Below the pieces are notes generated by a model. That model was not told the origin of the DNA. It did not search any database and was given only the letters and a program-made list of their open reading frames with translations. A stretch of 42,570 nt of DNA from an uncultured Lentimicrobiaceae bacterium (GTDB taxonomy: Bacteria > Bacteroidota > Bacteroidia > Bacteroidales > UBA4417): contig CAZOXJ010000004.1 of assembly GCA_964583325.1 (NCBI GenBank), positions 10,898-53,467 on the forward strand, in the 5' to 3' direction. The translations under genes and the position numbers were made by a program. Below, piece by piece: positions 1 to 9,200 of this stretch (its first letter is position 1; every line of letters starts with the position of its first letter).

Positions 1-1
1 C

Positions 2-1105
2 CCATCCGTTTTTTTTGCACCCGGTCGTGTGAACCTTATTGGCGAGCATACTGATTATAATGGAGGCTATGTATTCCCTTGTGCCATTAGCTTTGGGACC
101 TACCTTATTATAAGGGCAAACCAGGAAAAGGTCATCAGGTTAGCTACCACTAATTTTAGTTATAAAGCTGAAATTCCTTTTAGCGAATTACATTTAAAAC
201 ACGGAAACGAATGGGTAAATTATCCTTTAGGCGTTTTCGATCAGTTTAAGAAACGCGGTTTCACTATAACTGGATTTGATTTATTGTATTCGGGTGATAT
301 TCCTAACGGAGCCGGTTTATCATCGTCGGCATCTATTGAAATGGTAACAGCAGTTGCTTTGGATTCACTACTCGAAACTGCTATGAACAGGGTTGAACTG
401 ATAAAAATCGGACGTGCTGCCGAGAATGAATTCGTTGGCATGAATTGCGGAATTATGGACCAGTTTGCTATTGGAATGGGTAAACAGGAATCAGCTTTGG
501 CACTTAATTGCCGTTCGCTGGAATTTCAGCATGTTCCCTTACGCCTGGGCGATTACAAAATAGTGATAGCTAACACAAACAAGCGTCGCGAACTGGCCGA
601 TTCCAAGTATAACGAGCGTGTTGCCGAATGCGCCGTTGCTCTAGAAAACCTTCGCCTGGCAAAACCCATGGTTGATCTCAGTTCAATGAACATGGACGAA
701 TTCAAAAAGCATTCGCATCTTATTGCTGATGAAACAATACGCAAAAGGGCACATCATGTGATCAGCGAAAACAACCGCGTTATTGAAGCTGTCGCAGCTT
801 TGATAGGTGAAGATCTTGTAACTTTCGGCAAGTTGATGAATCAATCGCATATTTCGCTCAAAGAAGATTATGAAGTTACCGGTTTTGAACTTGATACCAT
901 TGTAAACGAAGCCTGGCAAGTTGACGGAGTGCTTGGCGCACGTATGACAGGCGCGGGTTTTGGCGGATGCAGCGTAAACATTGTCAGACACGACAAAATC
1001 GATGAATTTATTCAGAAAGTCGGATTAAATTATACCGAAAAAACCGGACTGATGGCTGATTTTTATATTGCCTTAGTTGGAAACGGTGCAGGTAAACTGG
1101 AATAA
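2..1105 (+). CDS. galK: Galactokinase, 5'-truncated by the window edge
   Basis: The frame is open from nt 2 (PSVFFAPGRVNLIGEHTDYN, the GalK signature). It also has the GHMP motif PNGAGLSSSAS, CGIMDQF and GARMTGAGFGG. The GTG at 29 is internal, not the start. Confidence 0.96.
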   Translation, partial: PSVFFAPGRVNLIGEHTDYNGGYVFPCAISFGTYLIIRANQEKVIRLATTNFSYKAEIPFSELHLKHGNEWVNYPLGVFDQFKKRGFTITGFDLLYSGDIPNGAGLSSSASIEMVTAVALDSLLETAMNRVELIKIGRAAENEFVGMNCGIMDQFAIGMGKQESALALNCRSLEFQHVPLRLGDYKIVIANTNKRRELADSKYNERVAECAVALENLRLAKPMVDLSSMNMDEFKKHSHLIADETIRKRAHHVISENNRVIEAVAALIGEDLVTFGKLMNQSHISLKEDYEVTGFELDTIVNEAWQVDGVLGARMTGAGFGGCSVNIVRHDKIDEFIQKVGLNYTEKTGLMADFYIALVGNGAGKLE

Positions 1106-1389
1106 TTCTAAATACTGTTTCTTTGTAGTTGATATTCATTATTATACATATTATCCTTTAAAAAAAATCAAAAAAATCAAATTCTTTGTGTCAACTTAAC
1201 ACTAAGTTGTCTATTTTTACATTTCGGGAGTACATTTTCGTTATACTTTATTGGGAGGATTTCCGCATGCCGGAGCCTTATAAGGTACAATTGTGTTTTG
1301 TATACCCAAATTATAAAAAGTGCTTGAATTCAGTTTTAAATGTGAGTGCAGAGTAATAAGTAATAATTCACCCCCTTAACAACTTAAAC

Positions 1390-2739
1390 ATGGAACAAAA
1401 AAACGCAAACTATGGTCTGGGAATGACTGTAATCGGATCCATCTTCTTTATTTTTGGATTCGCCACTACCTTTATTATTACTTTAAGTGGTCAGGTAAAG
1501 GATATTTTTGAACTAACAGAGTTTAGAGCACAGTTGCTCAGTTTTGCATTCTTTATTACTTACTTCTTTATTTCCATTCCAATTGGATTGTATATTAAGA
1601 AAATTGGGTATAAAAGTGCGTTGATAATTGGTTTATTGCTTATGGCTGCAGGTAGTTTTCTGTTCTTTCCGGCTGCAAAAGTTCCTTCGTTTCCTCTTTT
1701 CCTCGCAGCTACTTTTGTTTTGGCTTCGGGTGTAGTTTTTCTGCAAACAGCAGCTAACCCTTATGTTACAGCTTTGGGTTCGGAAGAATCTGCCGGAGGC
1801 AGACTTAACCTGGTTCAGGCTCTCAATTCAATTGCAACTATGGTTGCTCCGTGGATTATTGCTGTTTTTATTTTTAAAGGGGCCAGTGAAATGCTTTCGG
1901 CTCTTGAGAAAGCTCAGACGGTGCAGATGCCATTCATTATAATCGGTATCATCGTTGTATTGGTTGCAATTGCTATTTTTCTTACCAAACTTCCTGAAGT
2001 TGGTGGCGGAACAGATTTACAGCGTAAAAGCGTTTGGAATCACCCGCATGTAATACTTGGTGCTGTTGGTATTTTCTTTTATGTAGGTGCCGAAGTGGGT
2101 ACAGGTGGTTTGATCCTCAATTATTTAAAAACAACTATGGATATGTCACCGGAAGTTGCAGGAAAATATGTTGCAATTTACTGGGGTGGCGCTATGGTAG
2201 GCCGTTTCTTCGGATCAATCATGCTTTCCAATATTACGGATAATGTTAAGAAATATTCCTATGTGGCTGCAGTATTGTTACTTGCACTTGTTTCGGGATC
2301 ATTCGTAACCGGATGGAGCTGGAATATCGGCCTTATATTTATGGCAGTAGCTCTGGGTAATTTCCTTGTTATGCAACTTGGTAAAGGAAATGCCGGCCGT
2401 TCATTAGCTGTATTCGCATTATTAGCTGCTGTTCTTGCACTGATCACTGCATTTACCACCGGAAGCATAGCACTTTGGGCTGTTGTTTCAATTGGTATGT
2501 TCAACTCAATTATGTTCCCAAATATTTTTACCCTTGCTGTTAAAGACCTGAATCCTGGCGAACTGAGCACTGCTTCAGGTATTATCAATACTTTGATCTG
2601 TGGCGGAGCTATTATTCCGCTTATCATGGGTAAAGTTGCAGACGTATCAGGATATTCATGGGCATTTATTGTACCTGCTGTTTGTTACATGTATATTTTC
2701 TTTTATGCCGTAAAAGGAAGTAAACTTCGTGCTGCTTAA
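1390..2739 (+). CDS. MFS sugar:H+ symporter, FucP/GluP (glucose/galactose) family
   Basis: Highly hydrophobic. Motifs FFIFGF, LQTAANPYV, RLNLVQALNS, FFYVGAEV, YWGGAMVGRF and FNSIMFPNIF. Lies next to galK. Confidence 0.9.
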   Translation: MEQKNANYGLGMTVIGSIFFIFGFATTFIITLSGQVKDIFELTEFRAQLLSFAFFITYFFISIPIGLYIKKIGYKSALIIGLLLMAAGSFLFFPAAKVPSFPLFLAATFVLASGVVFLQTAANPYVTALGSEESAGGRLNLVQALNSIATMVAPWIIAVFIFKGASEMLSALEKAQTVQMPFIIIGIIVVLVAIAIFLTKLPEVGGGTDLQRKSVWNHPHVILGAVGIFFYVGAEVGTGGLILNYLKTTMDMSPEVAGKYVAIYWGGAMVGRFFGSIMLSNITDNVKKYSYVAAVLLLALVSGSFVTGWSWNIGLIFMAVALGNFLVMQLGKGNAGRSLAVFALLAAVLALITAFTTGSIALWAVVSIGMFNSIMFPNIFTLAVKDLNPGELSTASGIINTLICGGAIIPLIMGKVADVSGYSWAFIVPAVCYMYIFFYAVKGSKLRAA

Positions 2740-2836
2740 AAAATAATTTGACAACGGATTTACAGGTACTTGCCAGATTACATCAGAATTGACATTTTGC
2801 CTGTCCGGATTGAAATACTTAAATACTAATCACAAC

Positions 2837-3865
2837 ATGAAACAAGTAGCAATAGGAATTGATATTGGCGGTACTAATACTGCAATAGGTGTTGTTGACC
2901 GCGAAGGTAACATCCTGTACGAAAAACATCCCCAGTTACCCACTCCCCTTAAACAGGAAAACCCTCTGGGGAGTGAAATTATTTCGGAGAAATTACTCAG
3001 TGATTTTATTACTCTCCTTGCTGAAGAAATAAAATCAGCAATTGAAATAGTTTCAAACATAAATCCCTCACTCAAGGTAATGGGCATCGGAATTGGTGCT
3101 CCTAATGCAAATTATTACACGGGTACAATTGAACATGCACCCAATCTTCCTTTTGTTGGTGTAGTGCCATTTGCAAAAATGATCCAGGATAAGTTTCCTG
3201 AAATCAGGCATATTAAACTCACTAACGATGCCAACGCCGCCGCCCTGGGCGAACTAATTTTCGGAGGCGGTAAAGAAATGAAGAACTTTGCAATGATCAC
3301 CCTGGGGACAGGCCTTGGCAGCGGAATAATCGTTAATGGTGACCTGGTTTACGGTTCTGATGGTTTTGCCGGCGAATGCGGACATACTACCATCGTTCGC
3401 GGTGGCAGGATCTGTGGTTGTGGGGGAGTAGGACACCTTGAAGCATATTGCTCAGCAACCGGTATGAAACGTACTGTTTATGAACTTCTTGCTAAATACA
3501 ACAGCTCGGAAAGTGAACTGGCCGATGTACCTTTTAACCAAATGACTTCGAAAAAAGTTTTCGATGCCGCCGAAAAAGGGGACAAAATCGCAAAGGAAGT
3601 TTTTGAACTCACAGGTGAATGGTTAGGACAAGCTTTGGCTGATACAGTTCACCATCTCAGCCCGGAAGCTATTTTTCTTTTTGGCGGTCCTATTGCAGCA
3701 GGCGATTATATCTTTAAGCCAACAAAAGATAGTATGGAACGTCATCTGCTACCCATTTTCCGTAATAAAGTGAAAATCCTTCCTTCAAGTCTCAAAATTG
3801 GCTCTGCTGCTATAATTGGCGCCAGCGCTCTTGTGTGGAAAGAAATCGAAAAACACGGGTTTTAA
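2837..3865 (+). CDS. ROK family sugar kinase (glucokinase-like)
   Basis: Motifs IGIDIGGT, NDANAAALGE, TLGTGLGSG, GFAGECGH and CGCGGVGHLE. ATG 2837 after an A-rich leader is preferred over the track's TTG at 2789. Confidence 0.92.
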   Translation: MKQVAIGIDIGGTNTAIGVVDREGNILYEKHPQLPTPLKQENPLGSEIISEKLLSDFITLLAEEIKSAIEIVSNINPSLKVMGIGIGAPNANYYTGTIEHAPNLPFVGVVPFAKMIQDKFPEIRHIKLTNDANAAALGELIFGGGKEMKNFAMITLGTGLGSGIIVNGDLVYGSDGFAGECGHTTIVRGGRICGCGGVGHLEAYCSATGMKRTVYELLAKYNSSESELADVPFNQMTSKKVFDAAEKGDKIAKEVFELTGEWLGQALADTVHHLSPEAIFLFGGPIAAGDYIFKPTKDSMERHLLPIFRNKVKILPSSLKIGSAAIIGASALVWKEIEKHGF

Positions 3866-3886
3866 TCTGTTTCCTTTACTTTACGG

Positions 3887-3924
3887 ACAGCACTTCAATT
3901 AATTTATTGGAGTGCTGTTTTTTT
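3887..3924 (+). terminator. Intrinsic terminator after the ROK gene
   Basis: ACAGCACTTCAAT-taattt-ATTGGAGTGCTGT stem followed by a T-run. Confidence 0.8.
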
Positions 3925-3947
3925 ATGGATTAGTTTCTAAAAAAAAA

Positions 3948-3955
3948 TATCTTTG
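3948..3955 (+). promoter_or_regulatory. Bacteroidota -7 promoter box for the SSS gene
   Basis: TATCTTTG matches TAnnTTTG. It lies just after the terminator and ~125 nt before the ATG. Confidence 0.6.
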
Positions 3956-4081
3956 CATTATAACTTCGAATGATTTTTTATTAATTCACATATGGAATTA
4001 AACAGCATAATCATCTGATTTTGATACTTCAAACGCAATCTTTCGGATTGTAATCTCCTGAAATTCAAACCTTGGAAATAT

Positions 4082-5782
4082 ATGGTCGATAACTTTACTC
4101 TGGGTTTTATAGATTATGCCATCATGGCAATCTATTTCATTTTTGTGCTTGGCATAGGCTGGGCACTGAAAAAATACATGAAATCGAGCTCTCAGTTTCT
4201 TGAAGGTGGCAAAAACATTCCTTCCTGGATAACAGGTCTGGCATTTATTTCTGCAAATCTTGGAGCGCTTGAGGTTTTTGGAATGGGTGCTTCGGGCGCT
4301 AAATACGGCTTAATGACTGCCCACTTCTACCTGATCGGGGCCATTCCTGCCATGATTTTCCTGGCACTTTTTATGATGCCGTTTTATTACGGATCAAAAG
4401 CGCGTTCGGTACCGGAGTACCTGAAACTCAGGTTCGATGAAAAAACCCGTGGTTTCAACGCTTTCTCATTTGCCATCATGACCATTTTTGCATCCGGTAT
4501 TTCGATGTTTGCCCTGGCAAGGTTAATGGAAGTAATGCTTCATTGGAATTTTCACTACAGTATTATTGCCTCAGCAGTAATTGTTTTGGTATATACTTAC
4601 CTGGGTGGTTTGAAATCAGCTATTTATAACGAAGTTCTCCAGTTTTTTCTAATCGTGATTGGGTTCCTGCCGCTTGTAATTATTGGCCTGCAGGATGTTG
4701 GCGGTTGGGACGGACTTACCATGAAACTCAACGAAGTTGCCGTACAGAAAGGTTACGAAGCCGGAACCTGGACAAGCACCTGGAAATACCTGGGCTCGGC
4801 ATCATCAAACCCAATGGGTGTTGATTGGATTGCTATGTTTACCGGACTTGGTTTTGTGCTTGCTTTTGGTTACTGGTGTACTAATTTCCTTGTTGTACAA
4901 CGTGCTATGGCAGCTAATTCAATGTCTGGGGCTAGGCGCACTCCATTGATTGGTGCATTGCCTAAAATGTTCCTCCCTATCCTGGTTATTGTTCCCGGAA
5001 TGATAGCCATGGCACTGATGGCATCGCCCGAAAAAGGCCTGGTTTTGATTGGTGATCAGGGCCAGACGGATTACAACATGATCATTCCTACAATGTTGGT
5101 ACATTATTATCCGACGGGTTTGCTAGGTCTTGGAATTACTGCGCTCATGGCTTCGTTTATGAGTGGAATGGCCGGAAATGTTACTGCATTTAATACTGTG
5201 TTTACTTACGATATCTACCAGTCGTACATAAATCCGGGCAAATCGGATGATCATTACCTGAAAATCGGACAGTTTGCAACAATTTTCGGAGTTGCTGTTA
5301 GTATTGGAGCCGCATATATAGCTGCCAACTTTAATAACATAATGGATTTTCTGCAGTTGATTTTTGCTTTTGTCAATGCGCCGCTTTTCGCTACTTTTAT
5401 GCTAGGGATGTTCTGGAAAAAAACCACAGGCCATGCCGCTTTTTGGGGATTGCTTGCCGGCACGGCTGCTGCAGCTTTGCATTACAGTCTTACAATTGCC
5501 GAAGGTAAAGGCGGTTGGCTAGCTCAACTGGTTGAATATCCGAGCGGTATGGCACAGGGTTTCTGGACGGCAATTTACGCATGGACGGTTTGTTTTGTTT
5601 TTACTATAGTGCTGACATTTTTCACCAAACAATTAAAGACTGTTGATGAACTGAGAGGACTGGTTTACTCCTTAACACCCAAAACACGCGATGAACCGGG
5701 AATTGTATGGTACGAAAAACCGGTTGTTATGGCCGTAATCATTGGAGCGATAAGTATAGTTTTAACAATCATTTTCTGGTAG
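4082..5782 (+). CDS. Sodium:solute symporter (SSS) family, probable Na+/sugar cotransporter
   Basis: About 13-14 TM segments. Motifs AFISANLGA, SVPEYLKLRF, YTYLGGL, YWCTNFLVVQRAMAA, ALMASFMS and FTYDIY. Confidence 0.92.
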   Translation: MVDNFTLGFIDYAIMAIYFIFVLGIGWALKKYMKSSSQFLEGGKNIPSWITGLAFISANLGALEVFGMGASGAKYGLMTAHFYLIGAIPAMIFLALFMMPFYYGSKARSVPEYLKLRFDEKTRGFNAFSFAIMTIFASGISMFALARLMEVMLHWNFHYSIIASAVIVLVYTYLGGLKSAIYNEVLQFFLIVIGFLPLVIIGLQDVGGWDGLTMKLNEVAVQKGYEAGTWTSTWKYLGSASSNPMGVDWIAMFTGLGFVLAFGYWCTNFLVVQRAMAANSMSGARRTPLIGALPKMFLPILVIVPGMIAMALMASPEKGLVLIGDQGQTDYNMIIPTMLVHYYPTGLLGLGITALMASFMSGMAGNVTAFNTVFTYDIYQSYINPGKSDDHYLKIGQFATIFGVAVSIGAAYIAANFNNIMDFLQLIFAFVNAPLFATFMLGMFWKKTTGHAAFWGLLAGTAAAALHYSLTIAEGKGGWLAQLVEYPSGMAQGFWTAIYAWTVCFVFTIVLTFFTKQLKTVDELRGLVYSLTPKTRDEPGIVWYEKPVVMAVIIGAISIVLTIIFW

Positions 5783-5793
5783 GAGGAAAAAAT

Positions 5794-6003
5794 ATGGATA
5801 TGGACATTCGGATACCCATCGGACTTTTGTTCGTTATTTTAGGAATAATACTGGCTGCTTTCGGTATATTTACAATAAATGATACCGAATTATATGTGCG
5901 TTCGCTAGGGCGGAATATAAATCTATGGACAGGTATTCTGATGCTTGTTTTTGGGGGATGTATGCTGCTTTTTCCGATACTTGGGAAGATGCGAAAAGTA
6001 TAA
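5794..6003 (+). CDS. Small 2-TM membrane protein (69 aa) following the SSS gene
   Basis: MDMDIRIPIGLLFVILGIILAAFG...NINLWTGILMLVFGGCMLLF has two hydrophobic helices. The ATG is 11 nt after the SSS stop and preceded by AGGAGG. The track's start at 5707 overlaps SSS and is unlikely. Confidence 0.8.
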   Translation: MDMDIRIPIGLLFVILGIILAAFGIFTINDTELYVRSLGRNINLWTGILMLVFGGCMLLFPILGKMRKV

Positions 6004-6039
6004 GCAACGAAACGTCGAAATTAGCGTTTATGAAGGTTA

Positions 6040-6086
6040 CTAAATCCCGGAAAGCTGTCCATTACGGGCAGCTTTTCGGTATTTAG
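6040..6086 (+). terminator. Stem-loop, probable terminator of the SSS operon
   Basis: CTAAATcCCGGAAAGCTGTCC-attac-GGGCAGCTTTTCGGtATTTAG inverted repeat. The U-tail is weak. Confidence 0.6.
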
Positions 6087-6172
6087 TCAAATGTGTTTTT
6101 TTAGGTTCCTTTCGCTACATGCAATTAAATATTACAAATTAGCGTTAAAGCTATAAATATGAATAAATGGTG

Positions 6173-6202
6173 TTGCAGGATTGTAAAACTTGATTACTTT
6201 TG
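6173..6202 (+). promoter_or_regulatory. Bacteroidota promoter (-33 TTG / -7 TACTTTTG) for the PKD gene
   Basis: TTG at 6173-6175 and TACTTTTG at 6195-6202, with a 19-nt spacer. Confidence 0.55.
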
Positions 6203-6276
6203 AATAATTATTACTAAAAAGACAACGGCATGCACAAACATGCCTCCAATTACTGTTTTTAAATGTTTTGTTCCTC

Positions 6277-9200
6277 ATGAGAAACAAATTGCAACTGAGT
6301 GTCTTCCTGATACTTCTGATATTGGGAGTACAGGGAAATTTCACCAAAATACTGGCACAACCTTTCGTAGATTATACATACACAGGTGTTTGTGTTGGAA
6401 GTCCGACCCTTTTTACTGTTGATGCAGTTGTTACCAATGTTAACGCTGTTCAAATCTGGAGCTGGAATTTCGGTGACGGATTTTTCTCAACAATTCAAAA
6501 CCCAACCCATACATTTGCCGGTGTTGGTAATTATACAGTAACCTTGACAATTACCGATACAAATGGTGCAGTTGGGAGCGTTACCCATGTTGTTACCATT
6601 CAGAAACTTCCGGTAGCGAATTTTACTTACGCTACTCCCAATTGCAGTAACGACCCAGTTGAATTTACTGATTTATCAAGTACCGAAAATGGCTTTATCC
6701 GTTACTGGATATGGAACTTTGGCGATGGTACGCCGGTTGATACAATTTTCTTCCCCGAAGATCCTAATCCTGATCATGTTTTCCCAAATCCGGGTACTTT
6801 TATCGTTACTCTATCAGTTATGAATTCCGATTCGTGTACTGACGATTTTTCGATGCCGGTTACAGTAATACCCAGCCCGATAGCCAATTTCTATATCGAT
6901 GGTAAATGTGAGGGGCAGGTTGTTCAGTTTACGGATGCTTCTTTTGCAAATGGTGCCGGAAATGTGGTTGCATGGAGCTGGGATTTTGATGATCCGGCAA
7001 GCGGAATAAATAATACATCAAATCTTGAAGATCCTATTCATACGTTTGCAAACGCAGGTACTTATTATGTAACACTAACAGTTACCAACTTTAATAATTG
7101 CACCGATACTATTGTAAAAGAAGTAGTTATAAATCCGCCTCCTCCAATTGAATTTACTTATACAGCTGCTTGCCTGAATGAACTTATTTTTTTCAGCCCG
7201 GATACAGCTATCATGGAAATAGGTACAATTCAAACCTGGTTATGGGATTTTGGTGACGGAATTACATCAAATTCGCCTTACACTTCGCATTCCTATATTG
7301 CAACGGGTAGTTATACTGTAACTCTAACTGTTACTGATACATCAGATTGTGAGAGTGTAATATCAAAAATTGTACAGGTAAATCCTTTGCCTTTTGCCCA
7401 TTTCGATGCCGGTACCTCTAACTGTGCCGAAGCTACAGTTACTTTCACAAATCTCTCGAGTACAACTGCCGGATATATTATTCGCTGGGAGTGGGATTTT
7501 GGTGATGGGAATACGCAAATAGTTAATTTTCCTTTAAATCCAAGTGTTACCCATGTTTATGCACTGCCCGGCACTTATCCTGTAACTCTCACAATAAAAT
7601 CGTCCGACAGTTGTACCGGTACCACAACTCAGAATATTGATATTCATCCAAACCCGGTTGCGAATTTTGATTTTACAACTCCTACCTGCTTAGGTACTGC
7701 TGTTGAATTTGAAGATATTTCGCAGCTTAACGGAGCCGGTTCCATAGTGCAATGGCAATGGAATTTTGGTGATCCGGGTTCAGGAATACTAAATACTGCT
7801 TCGGTTTTTGATCCCGATCATTTATTTACCGCAGCCGGTAGTTTTACAGTTCAGTTGATTGTAAGTACTGGAAACGGATGCAGCGATACAGTTACGAGAG
7901 TTGTGGTTGTTAAACCGCTTCCTCCTGTCAATTTTAACACAACCCATAACTGTCAGAATAATGATGTGATTTTTACACCCGATGCAATATTGATGAATGT
8001 TGCAACAATAGGTTCCTGGTTCTGGCAATTCGGTGACGGTGTTACGTCAGTTTTGTCCAATCCAACTCATATTTATACGGTTGCCGGAACTTACAATGTA
8101 ACTCTTACTGTAATTGATACAGCCGGATGCACAAATCAAATTACCAAACCAATTACGATAGTTGCCGAACCAACAGCCAATTTTTCGTCTTCAACGCCAG
8201 CATGTAAAGATTCGCAGGTTCAGTTTACTAATCTTTCATCAGCGTTTACCGGATATATTGTTAAATCCGAATGGAATTTCGGGGATGGCAGCCCGATATT
8301 AACGGTTACTACACTTGCCCCGGTTTTTCATACTTATACGAATTATGCTACTTTTAGTGTTTCCCTAACCGTTACCACTAACGACAGTTGTAAACGAACA
8401 ATCGTAATTCCGATTACAATATTGCCAAATCCTTTGGCAAATTTCTCATACGCGACTTCATGTGCGGGTTCACCCGTAGTATTCAATGATTTGTCGCAGG
8501 CTGGATCCGGAGGTTTAGCAGGTTGGTCGTGGAATTTTGGCGATCCACCTTCGGGAAGCAATAATATTTCCACATTGCCTTCACCTTCCCATAGTTTTAC
8601 AGCTCCCGGAACATACCAGGTATCACTTATTGTAAGCAATACCGGTGGATGTGCCGATACCATTGTTAAACCTGTAATAGTGCATGCCCTTCCGGCGGTT
8701 GATTTTACATCCTCACCAGGCTGTGTTAACGATTCAACACATTTTGTTAGTTCAACATTTGTCAATGCAGGAGCCGTGGTTTCGCGAGTATGGGATTTTG
8801 GTGATGGATTTACGTCAACCGAAATTGATCCGTATCATATTTACAGTGCATCAGCTACTTATAATGTTACTCTAACGGTAACTGATACGGCAGGGTGTGT
8901 TAATACGAAATCGCATTTTGTTTCAATTGTTCCCCCGCCAACTTCTTTGTTCCAGGTTTCAGCTCAAACTTGCGCCAATAACCCGATATTTTTTATCAAC
9001 CAATCCTCAACTTCAGGAGGAACGATAATTTCTTATTTCTATGAATTTGGTGATGGTACCGATACTTTGATTTTAGCTCCTGCAAACGGAAATGTTTCGC
9101 ATACCTATGCTGTAGCCGGTACTTATACTGTCATATTAACGGTAAATACCTCTTTGGGATGTGAAAATGAATCACCCAGGACTATTACCGTTTCGGCTAG

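Noticed and set aside
3939-3947. A9 tract beside the -7 box as a phase-variation switch
   Set aside because: A-runs of 7-9 nt are common in the AT-rich intergenic DNA of this window, so nothing singles it out.
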